Made by a program: the position numbers and the translations under genes. The notes under the pieces are model-generated. The model did not search any database. It was not told the origin of the DNA and saw nothing but the letters and a program-made list of their open reading frames with translations. A stretch of DNA of 63,749 nt, counting the filler, from Licmophora abbreviata (Eukaryota), in assembly GCA_900291995.1 (NCBI GenBank). It is 19 parts of 19 records of this genome, joined end to end, with 100 filler letters (N's around TTAATTAATTAA, not from the genome) between each part and the next. Parts side by side here need not be neighbours in the genome. Positions count along the whole stretch, not along the records: positions 1 to 3,752 come from OLMU01005961.1; positions 3,853 to 8,870 come from OLMU01005962.1; positions 8,971 to 11,694 come from OLMU01005963.1; positions 11,795 to 20,497 come from OLMU01005964.1; 15 more parts are not named here. One strand, written 5' to 3'. Positions 1 to 12,323 of this stretch are shown one piece after another. Positions within the stretch are counted from its first letter, which is position 1, and each line of letters starts with the position of its first letter.

Positions 1-7
1 ACCCACC

Positions 8-991
8 GTGTCCAACTTGTCAGCTTCACGTTCTCCATCTCGGCAACAACAACAACAACAACAACAACAACTGCAAGATGCGGCGATCGAGGAAGATACC
101 GAACTGCTACTAGGAGATCTAGAGGAGCCTCATCCCGTGTTGGTCAACGCCACGACGTCCGAATCCAAGAAGATGTCGTTTCGTCCTCGTCGTTTGCCCA
201 GCATGGGCGATACCCAGCCTACCACTCCTTCCAAAACGTCACATTGCAAACCTCGTTTGCTGAGTGCGAAAAAGTCCTCCTCCGTCCACTGGAATTCCCC
301 GCGCAAGGGCAGCAAGCTCGTATCGCCCCGTCCGGAGGATGCACCTCGGTCGGATCGCACGGGCAGTGCCGCACCACCAGTATCCACACATGACACTGGC
401 ACCCAAGAACCATTGCAGACTGCTGCTACTACTACAGTGGCAGTCTTCAACGCCAACACCAAGGAGGGTGGCAGCATGGTGCGGGCCCTCAGCAAGAGTG
501 GACAGAATGTCATTGCTGTCGTACGCGTCTTTACCTCCAAAAACACCAAGCGCTTGTTGAAACTTCCCCATACCAGTGTCAAGGTGGCCGACTCACACGA
601 CGAAGCGGCACTGACGCATGCGATTGCGGGGGCGCATCGGGCCTTTCTCGTCACCAAATACTGGGAATCCTTCGACTCGTGGCTGGAAGAATCGCAGGCG
701 AATATCATTGTCAGAGCATGTGGGACTGCGGGTGTCTCGCATCTTGTACTCAGCAGTGTGGAAGATACTAAGTTATTGAAAGAGAGGGGGTACAAGTCGC
801 AGATTGTGCCGAATCCGGATGGAGTGATTCATCCCAAGTTTGAGGGTATGCGGAATCTGAGACAGGATGCAAAGGAACGAGGTGTGCTCTTGACGCACAT
901 GCTGACATCCTATGTCGACCAAGAACACTCCAAAAAGTCAGTCGCTCTCATTATGAGTGAGCGAGGAAGGTTGGTTGTTAGTGAAAGTTGA
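8..991 (+). CDS. NmrA-like NAD(P)-binding protein with polyQ/disordered N-terminus (true start may lie upstream of the window)
   Basis: Rossmann-like VAVFNANTKEGGSMVRAL...VVR and AIAGAHRAFLVTKYWE...AGVSHLVLSS match the NmrA/SDR pattern. Confidence 0.7.
   Translation: MSNLSASRSPSRQQQQQQQQQLQDAAIEEDTELLLGDLEEPHPVLVNATTSESKKMSFRPRRLPSMGDTQPTTPSKTSHCKPRLLSAKKSSSVHWNSPRKGSKLVSPRPEDAPRSDRTGSAAPPVSTHDTGTQEPLQTAATTTVAVFNANTKEGGSMVRALSKSGQNVIAVVRVFTSKNTKRLLKLPHTSVKVADSHDEAALTHAIAGAHRAFLVTKYWESFDSWLEESQANIIVRACGTAGVSHLVLSSVEDTKLLKERGYKSQIVPNPDGVIHPKFEGMRNLRQDAKERGVLLTHMLTSYVDQEHSKKSVALIMSERGRLVVSES
44..70 (+). repeat. (CAA)n microsatellite encoding polyQ
   Basis: Uninterrupted caa repeat run. Confidence 0.9.
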
Positions 992-1153
992 AATGGAGTA
1001 GTGTGGAGTGCTGGAGTTTTGTAAGGGTTGGCGCATGGTGACGTTGTACAGAGCACTATTGTAGCTTGTAGATCTCTAGTAGAGCTTTTATTAGTTTGCA
1101 CAAATCAGGCGACGTTGTTGTTAGCTATAAGCGATCCAGTCGGCAGTGTGTAG

Positions 1154-3407
1154 CTAACTACCTAGGCTGCGAACCATGGGGACGCTCGTGGGTTCATCTC
1201 CTGGAGTGCGCGTAGTTGCAGACGATGACGCCCCTGCTCGTTCGTCATCGTATGTCGACCTCCCGTTGTTGCTATTTGGGTTGACAAAGGACGGTCCTCC
1301 AAAGTGTAAACCAATCCAGCTAAGGAACAGATTGACACCCGACAAGACTGCCAATCTCGACATGACGCCCTCGTATGTCCGATTCTCCAACCCAATCGCC
1401 TCCAATACTTGCTCTCCATTCTCGACCATGACAAAGGCGCCCATTTTGGGTAGATTCCGCAAACGTTGCCACGGCCATGGAGCATTCGGATCTCGTAGGT
1501 CCATGCCTTTATATTCCGCGACGCACAGTGCTTCGACTGCCCATCGAATGGGCGAAATCATCTTGATCCACTGTACAAATGCAGGTGCTCCGTGTTCCTT
1601 GTCGACGCCGCTCGGATTGATGACTCCCACGACCATGAAAATCACCATGATGGGCATGCCCAGGGAGAGTGCCGACTCGGCATTGTGAGTCATGCTGCCA
1701 ATCACAAAACCAAGAGCAGCGCCGGCGATTGTGAGTAGCGAAAATGTACTAGTGAGTTGCACCAGTGGTATCCTCAAGCCCGTGGTACTCTTCAAGACCA
1801 CACTAAAGACGGAAGAAAAGAACATGTCGAGTGGCAGTTCTGCCATGGCTTTCGCCAATAGATACTCCAAGTTTGAGTACTTTTTTCTCATCTGTTCGCG
1901 ATCGACCACGGGACGCTCCTTTGCAAATAAATCAATCGTCTTCATGACTGCCATCTGCAAGAGAACGAGATGGGAACATGTGTAAGAGAAAGCAGAGTCG
2001 AACGCATTGTCGAACTAACCGACGCACTACATAATATAAGACTCGTACCATGCCCATATTGACGACTCCAAACGTCAACAGTGCCACTCGATCAGCAGTA
2101 CTCCGAGCCGTGGGTACCCCCCGACGAATCGTCTTGAAGATTTGAGATAGTAGCAAGGCATTCCCGGCCGATGCACCGAGTCGAAGAAGATTCACGGGAT
2201 GATTGCGATAGTTCTGTCGTAGCGACCGCCGTAACAATGCCGCCGAGCGCCGAACCCAAAGAACCATTGGATGAATGGGAGTGTGTTTCGAAGACACCGC
2301 AGCCGCATCACTCGTTCTTTGTAGTTGCACTGCCGCTCGTGCGTCATTCTTTCCATTGCGTTGCACAAAGGCTCGGGCGATTCGATCGATTCTAGCTCGA
2401 TCGGAATGCGCCTGCTCCACATCTTCCGTATCGACACTGACCAAGTCAATCAAAAACTCGGCGGGATTCGTTTCGGTGGGACACGTATATCCCAGTGCAT
2501 CAAAGTACGCTACTGCCTCCTTGCGATCTCCCATATAACACATGCGCCCTCCGGGCGCCATGACGATGATACTATCGAGCATATTCCAAATACTCGTCCG
2601 CGGTTGATGCAGCGTACAGAGACATGGAATGTGCCGTTCGTGTGCCAACTGTGAAATCAACTGCACCACGCGCGCCGCTTGAAAACTGTCCAAGCCCGTC
2701 GTAGCTTCGTCCGCCAAGAACAACTGCGGCGTTGTCAGTAACTCGAGCGCCACGGACAGTCGACGCCGTTCTCCTCCACTGAGACCCGACACGGTCTGAG
2801 AGGACGCCGCCCGATTTCCAATGGTGCGGTTCTGGACCGTCGTCAGTCCCAAGGCATCGATACTCTGTTCCACAAGCGCCGTGCGGTCGGTGCGCGAGAG
2901 ACTCGGAAATTCCAAAAAGGTGGCGAGTTGGAGTGTTTCGCGTGTGGTGAGCATGGTAAAGAAGGCATCGTGCTGTTGCAACCAAGCGACTTGTCCATTC
3001 TGAATGGACAAGGAATGCGAAACTGCAGAAGTGCTACTGCTAGTATCCTTCTGTTGCCACCAGTAGACATCGCCGTGTAGAGAAAGTCGAGCGTGTTTTG
3101 ACACGGTGCCACCGAGTGCCGATAAGAATGTCGATTTGCCAGCTCCGGAAGCTCCCAGTATACCACAGAGCTGTCCCTTTCGTACAAAGCCAGACGATGG
3201 ACGCAGTATGTACTCTTGAGTATGCTTGCTCACCACACTGAGATCGTGCCAGTAAATGCCGCCTTCCGAGTCCTCGATGCTGATGGTCGTGTCATCACCA
3301 TCACTCCTTGATGCTTTCGTTTGGCGCTGCGCAGCATGGGATTGCGGGACGAGAAGGACCACTGCAAGGAGCCTCCAGAGACGTATTGTTGTACGCCATG
3401 GCGTCAT
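1154..3407 (-). CDS. ABCG (White-family) half transporter; 2 exons, intron 1955..2048
   Basis: Walker A GASGAGKST, signature LSGGERRR, LADEATTGLDS, TLHQP, NPAEF; a 94-nt GTACGA...TTGCAG intron joins NMGM to MAVMKTIDLFAKERPVV in frame; signal-peptide-like start MTPWR... Confidence 0.92.
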
Positions 3408-3752
3408 GAGGAAAACAATCCAAGATATGATTATACAAGTATGTTCTTGGGCAACACTCACACACATCCCCAACTGCGACAGTGTCATGTCATGGTCGAC
3501 TACTCTGTGTCTGGAACACATGATCCTCATCGCGTCGATTGCGGGAAAGTCAGACCGTCGTACGGCGGGGTGGACAAGGATCGGACAAATGGTCACTTCA
3601 AAAGTGGTGAAGACTAATCTAGTGCAGACCCCAGACCTTAGACACGCACCTTTATTAACTCTAAGCTCCTGATGATCGTCAGAATCGCAATCTACCGATC
3701 GTCTCCACGGACCATGTCATCCAGGGATTAGGTTCGTACATGGGTTTGGAAT

Positions 3753-3852
3753 NNNNNNNNNNNNNNNNNNNNNNNNNNNNNNNNNNNNNNNNNNNNTTAA
3801 TTAATTAANNNNNNNNNNNNNNNNNNNNNNNNNNNNNNNNNNNNNNNNNNNN
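3753..3852. other. Artificial 100-bp contig linker (N44-TTAATTAATTAA-N44). Others start at 8871, 11695, 20498, 22682, 24276, 27650, 30156, 31584, 35213, 36762, 39160, 43496, 44893, 47683, 50423, 59330, 62363
   Basis: Identical structure at all 18 sites; the 12-mer has stops in all six frames. Confidence 0.99.
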
Positions 3853-4041
3853 GCTCTATTTGAGGTCCGACAGGGAATCATCTGCATCCCGAGAGGGCTG
3901 CGGATCATCCGATGGGGATTTAGCGCTAGGCAGAGTCGAGGAGGGATGGAAGCACGCTCTGCACTTTGAGTGGCTCGAGAGCCTTTTCTCTTCCCCGACT
4001 GCTGCTTAGGTGCATTTCATGTGAGCGCTGAGAGCTCGCTA

Positions 4042-4461
4042 TTAGATCTTTGCGGTCTTGCACAGACAAACGCCGGCGGTAGGATCCGACTGCTTCTGTC
4101 CTGTGGACATCGTCGAAGCCCTACCGGTACGACGATCCCCCGTGTCGATGGGCTTGGGAGTCGCTGGAGTCGTCATTGCTGCATGCTGTCGTTTCAGCTT
4201 CTTCTTTGCTTCCGACTTGGCTGTGCACCCTCTCTGTCGCTCCTTCTCGAATTCCAGTTCCTCGCGGTCCGCCTTGATTCGTGCACGGCGTTTCGCGTCA
4301 CACTCTCTCTTCTTCTTCAATCTCTCTTCTCTGGACTGCACCATTGACAACCATGATGGTGATGGCGTTTTGTGTGAAGATGATGTTTTTTGTACATATG
4401 ATTCGCAGTACGCTCCAGCGCTCTCCAATGTTTTTCCACTTTTTCTACATGTGGGTATCAA
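4042..4461 (-). CDS. Hypothetical Lys/Arg/Glu-rich protein, possibly degenerate
   Basis: Charged helical segment SREERLKKKRECDAKRRARIKADREELEFEKERQR; no recognisable domain. Confidence 0.3.
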   Translation of the reverse strand: MIPTCRKSGKTLESAGAYCESYVQKTSSSHKTPSPSWLSMVQSREERLKKKRECDAKRRARIKADREELEFEKERQRGCTAKSEAKKKLKRQHAAMTTPATPKPIDTGDRRTGRASTMSTGQKQSDPTAGVCLCKTAKI

Positions 4462-4770
4462 TACTACGACGTAGTACTACAAAGTAGATAAAATCGAGAA
4501 ACCCTCGTCCGAAGACTTCCGGAATTTTCTTTTACGATTGAGACCGAGCGGGAGTAAAGGAATTTGCGCGAAAACGAGCACATTCGTACTCAGTAAGTTG
4601 TAAGTTGTCGCATCTTCGATCCACATCAACCATGACACATGACACGATGAGGGGAAGAAAGATCGCCCCATTCGTCGCCACCCATCCCTTCTCTCTTCAC
4701 AAACAGACCCTAAAATAGACACCCAGCTTCTTTCGGTTGAATATCCGAGCAAACTTGCTGCAGGAAAGAA

Positions 4771-7700
4771 ATGCGGAGCGTTCGACTCATCAGAACACCA
4801 AATTTGACCTTCATCGGTATCGTCGTCATGACGCTGTCCTTTTTGGCGAGTCGAATGTTGTCGACTGAAGTTGTTGTTTTGGGGGGAAGACAGATCCTCA
4901 GGGCACATGCTTTCCGACCGGTATCGACGAGAAACGTGCCACGACACCACGCAGCGTCGTCAGCACTTTCGATGATGGCGGCTGCCAATACCAAGCGATC
5001 GTATTCTGCACCTTCTCTTACGGCTATTCGGACCGGGACTGACGCAAGTCGTCCCTATCGATTGGTGATTGTCGAGTCGCCCAGCAAGTGCAAGACGATC
5101 TCCAATATCCTGGAGGACCATGTGAAAGAGCATCAGCTCGATTATGATTTCATCGTGTCTTCTTGTATGGGACACGTCCGTAATCTACCAACGAGTCGAA
5201 AGAAGAGTACTGTCACCAAAGAAACGAAAAAGTCGGCAAAGATACTGGGAGTTGATATTGACAATGGGTATACGCCGCAGTATGAAATCTTGCCAGAAAG
5301 AGAGGGGCTCGTGAAGGAACTACAAGAGCTGGCCAATGATGCGCAGCAAGTGGTCCTAGCGACGGACGACGATCGCGAGGGTGAAGCGGTGGCTTGGCAT
5401 TTGACGCAAGTACTGCAAACGACTGTGCCGTATGAGCGAGTGACCTTTACTGAAATTACACCAAATGCGATTCGAGAAGCAATCAGTAATCCTCATACGT
5501 CGTTGAACATGCAATTAGTGGAAGCACAAGAGACAAGGCGCGTCTTGGATCGACTGGCAGGCTTTACAGTGTCGCCTGTGCTGTGGAAGAAGATTGCTCC
5601 GGGTTTGTCGGCAGGGCGAGTGCAGAGTGTAGGGATGGCGTTGATTGTTCAACGAGAGCGAGAACGACTCGTTTTCCGGCCTGCAGAGTACTATGATGCG
5701 CAAGCGACGTTTGTTGGGGTTGTGGGTGGAGATGAGCCTGCAAAGGCCACTCTTGTGGCGGTCGACAACGTGCCATTGGCAGGTGGGGGCGATTTCGATG
5801 CCCAAGGCAATCTTGTGACATCCAGAAAGCGGCACTTGACAAAAGCTGACGCAGACGATCTGTTGACAGTCATGAGTGGTGGCGACAGAGACGAGTCAAC
5901 ATGGACCGTTGTATCGATTCGGTCCAAGAAGCGTTCACGTACGGCACCCATGCCGTTTACGACATCGACGCTGCAGCAGGACGCCAATACTCGCATGGGT
6001 ATGTCGGTCTCCCAGACAATGCAATGTGCACAGTCGTTGTATGAGTCAGGTTTCATTTCGTATATGCGTACCGACAGTTCACACCTGAGCAGCGACGCCC
6101 ATGGTGTCATCGAAGGCGTTGTTTGCTCTCAGTACAGCAAGAGTTTAGTGGCACCACGGCGAAAGACAAAATCGAAGAAGAATGCGCAGGAGGCTCACGA
6201 GGCGATTCGACCTGCGATTCAATCCGACGGGACGTTTCTGCGACCGGATGAAGTGCTGGGTCGGATCTCGAACAATGCAGCCGTCAAGTTATACGAGCTG
6301 ATTTACAAACGGACCGTTGCATCCCGTATGACGGTACAGATTGTCAACCAAACGTCGGTAGAGATTGAGGGTGTGAGTTCAGATGGAAAGACTAAGTTGC
6401 TATTTCGATTGAGCGGCAGTGTAGTCGTGGATCCGGGATACACTCTGGCGTTGGGAAGACCCTCTTCCGATGTCATTCTTCCGCCGTTCGAGGAAGGACA
6501 GCGACTGGACTGTCAGAATCTGACAGCGGTTGATCATTCCACCAAGCCACCCGCGCGATACACAGAAGCCAGCTTTGTTCAGGAATTGGAGACGTTGGGT
6601 GTTGGTCGCCCGAGTACTTACGCTGGAACAGTGAAGAATCTACGCGATCGTGCTTACGTTGGAACGCCGGTGCGTGCAGACGACTCGAGCGTACGGCGAA
6701 ACAGCAAACAAGCCACCGGGGCAGCAATAAGCGCACAGCGTGCGGCCGGCGGAGAAGATTTTATGGGAGGAGGTCGTGGTCCCCTGGTGCCATCATTGAC
6801 GGCGTTCGTTGTCTGTTCGCTGCTTGAGAACCACTGCGCAACGTATGTCGACCCAGGATTCACAGCCAACATGGAAGATCGCCTGGATCAGATTGCTAGT
6901 GGAGAGGGCAAGGGTGATGCCAGCATGCGCGCCACGTACTTGGAAGAGTTCTACGCTGGCGACAACGGCTTGGCTGCCAAAGTAGCGCAGATTGATAAGA
7001 CCGTGACCGCCGCGGAGGCAAGAAGAGCATCGCTGCCATCCTTGTTTTCGAATAGCAGCACTGCGAATAAGGACGCGGATATCGGTTTGTTCGTGGGACC
7101 CTGGGGTCCGTACATTCAAAAGATGTCCAAGAACTTGAACGGCGAGAAGCCTCCATCGGCTCCACTACCGCCTGGAATGGCCAGTGATTTGTCGACCATT
7201 ACTCCCGAAACGCTTAATGTACTTCTATCTTCTCGACAGGAGAATGGCGTTCTCATGGGAAGGCACCCGGGCGATGATAGGACGATTAGCCTCAAGATTG
7301 GACGTTTCGGTGCTTATTTGCAATGGGGAGATGATGGCGAGGAAGGCACCACCAACCACTCGCTGCCGAAGCAGATAAGTAGTATGCGCAATATCGATTA
7401 CGAAGCGGCAGGTGAAGAGGATGATTCAGGATCTTCCCTGGGAAATATGCTCGGACTGACATTTGAGGAAGCTGTGGGATACGTCAGCTTACCGCGTGAT
7501 GTCGGTACACTTCACGATCTTCCAATTCTAGCCTCGATCGGACCATACGGTCCATATCTCAAGTACAACAACTCATTCGTAAGCATAAACAAGAGCGATG
7601 GTGACGTGTTGACGATTGACGAGGAAACTGCGGAACGATTGGTGACAGACGGGATTGTCAACAAAAGTTCAAGTAAGTTCGGGCCCCATTCGAATGTATG

Positions 7701-8836
7701 CCTGACCATGGCACTGACGATGACCTCTGCCTCACTGATGCTTTTACGTTTCGTCCCCTACTTTAGAACTAGGGCGTGGCGTACTTGCTGCGTTGGGCGA
7801 AAAGGACGGTGCCATGGTAAATGTCAAGGAAGGGCGCTTTGGTAGGTATATCAGCTGGAAGCGAGTCAATGCCAAGCTTCCACCCGAGTACGCCGATGAT
7901 CCGGAGACGACACCCCTGGACGAGGCGTGGGATTTGATTCAAGCCAAGGCTGGGACGAGTGGCTCTTCTTCATCCAAACGTGGAGGTGCTAAGAAAAAGG
8001 AAAGAGACACGGTTGACCTTCCTCCGGCCCCCAAACGCCCACTGTCTGCCTATCTACACTATTGTGCAGAGAAGCGTCCGGAAGTATCCGAGCGGGTTAA
8101 GTCCTTGGGCGAGGTATCGAAAGAACTCTCCAAACTGTGGGCTGAAACGATGGATCGTTCCAAGTATGAAGAGCTGGCGTCGACCACAAAGGAAGCGTAC
8201 CAACAAGCCAAGAGCGACTGGCAGAAGGAGTGTCAGGCCATCCTCGACAAGACCAGCGGCGACAGTAAGCCGAAGAAGAAAACGAAGCGAACTTCGACAA
8301 AGAAGACGGCGTCGAAGACCGCTCTCCCGAAGCGACCGCGATCCGCGTACTTGTACTTTTGTGCGGAGCAGCGTCCTCAGGTCGCCGAAACGGCAACGTC
8401 ACTGGGTGATATCAGCAAAGAATTGGCACGACGATGGGCGGACACGACAGATCGGGGCGCGTACGAGGAGCTAGCCGCAGCCGATAAAGAACGCTATCAA
8501 CGGGAAATGGCTGGACAAACAAACAGCGACGGCAGCGATGGTATGGCAGTGAAGGATGTTAAACGGACAACAACAAACGGAGCGACTGCGGCAAAGAAGA
8601 CAACAAAGAAAAAGAGTGAACCAAAGACCAAGCGTGCTCCTTCTGCATACATGCTCTTTTGTCGAGAAAACCGCAAGACGATTGTGAATGAATCAACCGG
8701 AGAAGCTCTGCCCTTTGGTGAAACGACGCAGAAACTCGCTGAGCTTTGGCGCAACTGTGACGACGACACACGCACAAAGTTTGAGCGCCTATCCCAACAA
8801 GAAAAGGAAAGCATGGCATCGACGAATAAGCAATAG
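4771..8836 (+). CDS. topA: Bacterial-type DNA topoisomerase IA, probably organelle-targeted, with C-terminal GR/PFG-type repeats and three HMG boxes; intron 7673..7766
   Basis: LVIVESPSK, LATDDDREGEA, SAGRVQS, catalytic ISYMRTDS, QEAHEAIRP, GVGRPSTY; repeats GPWGPY, GRFGAY, GPYGPY, GRFGRY; the 94-nt GTAAGT...TTTAG intron joins ORF 4771 to ORF 7793 in frame; PKRPLSAY, PKRPRSAY and KRAPSAY start HMG boxes. Confidence 0.93.
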
Positions 8837-9039
8837 CTAGTAGGGACAAAACCGAACAATAGAACAAACGNNNNNNNNNNNNNNNNNNNNNNNNNNNNNN
8901 NNNNNNNNNNNNNNTTAATTAATTAANNNNNNNNNNNNNNNNNNNNNNNNNNNNNNNNNNNNNNNNNNNNAGATTGCAGAATAGCATAGCAGTTTAGTAG
9001 AAGTGTAGTTGTTGTCAAGCAAGACATGGTGAATCTCTA

Positions 9040-9951
9040 CTAAGGTCTCCGCCTTTCTTGCGACTGACAGTGTCCCGCCAGTTCATCTCGCGCTTGCTGA
9101 TTTTCCTTGATTTCCAAGGCAAACTCCATTCCCAACTCTTCCCAGTCCTCATCTGTTCGTTGCTGACACACTTCCAACGTTTCCCCCACGATTCTGTAAA
9201 AGCTATGCGACGGCCCGGTACGGAAGGATGCGACGAGCTGGTTGTTTCGATAGACTTGCACAAAGGGCACACGTGCGACTCCCAACGATGCTAGACTGCT
9301 CCCCCGTTTTGAAGGAGTACTCGAGGATAAATCCGTGTGAAGGACATCCAAGTCATGAAACAACGATGCTTCGACACTGGCAAACTGAATGGTCGCAGCA
9401 CTAGCACTACTCGCTTGCTGCTGATTCTGGTAGACTTGTGCAAGCTGGGCGTACTTGTGCTTGACTCGCTGACAAACTTTGCAGTAGTTTGCATGGTACT
9501 TGACCACTTTGAGTATACCGGATGTGTCGTCACTCTGAAGAAAGTTAAGAAGCTGTGAAACACTCGAAACTTCCGTGACGGCACTAGCACGCGTACTTGT
9601 AGTAGTAGGACGCGTCTTGTTCTTGAGTTTCGAACTTCGACTCCTCACAGCTTCACTGTGCTGCTGGACTCCACTGACTGGTGTTCTGGAAGTCGTTAGA
9701 TCCATTCTAGCAGACGCGATCGCCGAAGAAAGATTGTACGAGTAGAGAGCAGTGCAAGTAGAAGATTCGCCGATCGACGGCGATACCCCCCATCGACTGT
9801 GGCTAGGAGTAGCCAATTTTGGGGCTGGAACAAAACTGTCGGTTCTATCAGTCAGGCAGGACGATACTAGCATCATCAGGATCATACGGGACCATCTCAT
9901 TGTGCATGTGGAGGACGGAGGAGTGCCCTTGCTGCAGAAACAAGCTGCCAT
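9040..9951 (-). CDS. Thioredoxin-like protein (CKVC), probably plastid-targeted
   Basis: VVKYHANYCKVCQRVK, GVARVPFVQVYRNNQLV; hydrophobic signal followed by SFVPAP and a Ser-rich transit peptide. Confidence 0.8.
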   Translation of the reverse strand: MAACFCSKGTPPSSTCTMRWSRMILMMLVSSCLTDRTDSFVPAPKLATPSHSRWGVSPSIGESSTCTALYSYNLSSAIASARMDLTTSRTPVSGVQQHSEAVRSRSSKLKNKTRPTTTSTRASAVTEVSSVSQLLNFLQSDDTSGILKVVKYHANYCKVCQRVKHKYAQLAQVYQNQQQASSASAATIQFASVEASLFHDLDVLHTDLSSSTPSKRGSSLASLGVARVPFVQVYRNNQLVASFRTGPSHSFYRIVGETLEVCQQRTDEDWEELGMEFALEIKENQQARDELAGHCQSQERRRP

Positions 9952-10468
9952 GGGTATACTTCAAGAAAGTGATGCCGATGAAGAATGCGTTCGGCGCCGC
10001 TTTTGCCGCGAGATGTCTCTGTGTGGCTGCCAGCTGTTCTTCTTTCAGTAGAATTTGTGCGTGTTCGCTGTACGACAAAGTAAATATTGGAAGCACGACT
10101 CGAGATTGTCTTGTCAATAAGTTGGAATGTCTTCGATGGCGACAAAAGTAGCCAGACGTAGGTTTCGGTTTGGCGCGCCGGGTATGATATGATACCAGTT
10201 TCTTAGACGATGATACCCTACGAGGGTCCTGTTCGCACCAGTGGGTTCGATGCGTACTTTCGAACTTGAGAGAGGCCTAGTCTACGAGTATCTAGCGTGC
10301 AGCAAACGATGTTGAAGCTCTCTAGAGCAATGTTTGTCTCGCCGCTCATGCCAGCGGCATAGCAATCATATCTACTACTCACAGGTACGCAATCGCTGCG
10401 TTTGACTGGCTCTACTCGACTCTAGGTACGGGACGTAGTAGGGGTACACCGTCACCAGTGCTACTCAG

Positions 10469-11694
10469 TCACCGTTGTAATCGGTGTCCGTCGTATCCGC
10501 GCACTCCATGCTGTGCATTGTCGCCCTCCTTCGAGCCCACTGCTTGGATGCTGGGGTGTTCTCCGTTGCGCTGGATCCAGTCATCCAAAGAGCCTCCACG
10601 AGCTGGAAGATCCCACAAGCTGATGAAGTAAGGGTGCGCCTCGAAGCCGTAGACAAGCAATGCACGAAGCTATTCCAACACCTTGACGTCCATCAGCAGC
10701 CAAACACTCTCGCTCGTCTCAAGCTTCAACGAAGCGCGGATGTCCTTGATTTCCACGACGACTTTCGATCCGAAGGGATGCATGCTCGACGGCGTGGTGT
10801 GCAGCCACTGCGTCATGGAATGAAGGACCTCGCTCGCAATGACCTCGAATTGAATGGCTGTCACTTCGGTACTCTTGACCTTGAGTTCGTCCTTGACTTC
10901 CGAAACACGGTTGGAGGCACACTCGCATGCAAGACACGAGGCTTCCTGGGCTCTCATCGCGTCTGCAACTTCAATCTGTGCTGCATTCAGCCTCGAACCG
11001 CGTCTCCGAATGCATTCACCTCTTCTGTCGGGCCCTCGAACTCGTTGCTCAAATAGCGATCCACGGTAGATATCTTGCTCTTGAGAGGGTTGACAGTGAT
11101 AGCATTGAAAGTCATTGTCACTTCCGTGATGCCATTGCAAAACAGCTCGTCCTGTATGTACCTGTATGGCTTGCCGTCCGTGAAGTCAGGGGTTTCAGAA
11201 GTAGAAGTCGTCGCCTCAGCTGCCGACGGCTCAAGCAATGTACTGACCTCACTGTCGTTGTTGCTACCGGCGCTAGTTACGTCCGCGTTTTCCAAGCCAA
11301 GGTACTGGATCAGACGCTGTTGCAAGGTCTGCTGGTCATTCGAACAGCACCGGTCGATGTGCGCATATACCGCGTTGCACCGGCCGATGAAGAAGAAGGG
11401 GTGCGTGTGGAACCCGAAGAGATTGAAGACACAGAGAGCCCTGTATAGCGTGTCACGTGTCAGGATTCGAACACTCTCGCTCGTTTCAAGTTTCATCGAA
11501 GCCCGGTTATCCGTGATGTCCATGACGACCTCGTCAATGGGTACGAGGCCAGTGTCGGGGTGAACTTTCGACCCGAACGGATGCATGGTCATCGAAGGAG
11601 TCTCGCTCAATTCATTCAACGCAGCGAGAAAGAGAGTGAGCTTGTCGTGTGCGTCCATCCATTGCACGCGCTTGTGATGGAGAACCTCGGTGAC
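10469..11694 (-). pseudogene. Interrupted gene of unknown family with an internally duplicated domain (5' truncated by the gap)
   Basis: MHPFGSKV...RAS(M/L)KLETSESV...GF.(T/A)HP(F/Y)F occurs twice; frame change near 10990 and in-frame TAG at 10670-10672. Confidence 0.5.
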
Positions 11695-11794
11695 NNNNNN
11701 NNNNNNNNNNNNNNNNNNNNNNNNNNNNNNNNNNNNNNTTAATTAATTAANNNNNNNNNNNNNNNNNNNNNNNNNNNNNNNNNNNNNNNNNNNN

Positions 11795-12038
11795 GGTGCA
11801 TGGCTTTGTTCTGTTCGAATTCTGCTTTCGTGTCTTGGATCATCGTTCGGTCGGCGTGCCGACGACTAGAGGCGAGGGCGCACGAAGGCCGAGCGCCGCG
11901 CGAGCCAAGACGACGGATGAGCCTGGCGGCGAAGGAGCCTCGCTGAGGAGGAGGATGTGGCGCCGGCGAACGCCCACCGGTGCCAGCAGGGCCACTGCGC
12001 GACGGCGGCATGCCAGTGCGGTTGCTAAAACCCATCAT
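11795..12038 (-). CDS. 5' fragment of a hypothetical protein running into the gap
   Basis: ATG-initiated open frame to the contig end, divergent from the 2OG oxygenase. Confidence 0.35.
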
Positions 12039-12323
12039 GGTGAGAACAAGGAGTGCCTTGCAGACACAACGAAGAGCGGCAGCACATTCATGTGAGAGAG
12101 AGCATTGGTCGTCATTGGTGATGGCATTTCGAGTCCCGAGTAGTTTGTAGTCGAGTGAGTCGAGTCATGGATGTCGTCATTGGCCATCTCATCTGTCCAT
12201 CCCGTCCGTCTTACGTACGGGGCGCGCCAAGGCCGCGAAAATCAAACTCCAAGTTTGGAAATGCAGCACCATGATGGTGGCATAGAAGCCGCAAAGAAAA
12301 CAAACGATTGCACCACTCCCAGC

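Noticed and set aside
3797..3808. Recurrent TTAATTAATTAA as a biological repeat or CRISPR-like array
   Set aside because: Always centred in 44+44 Ns; a synthetic six-frame stop linker
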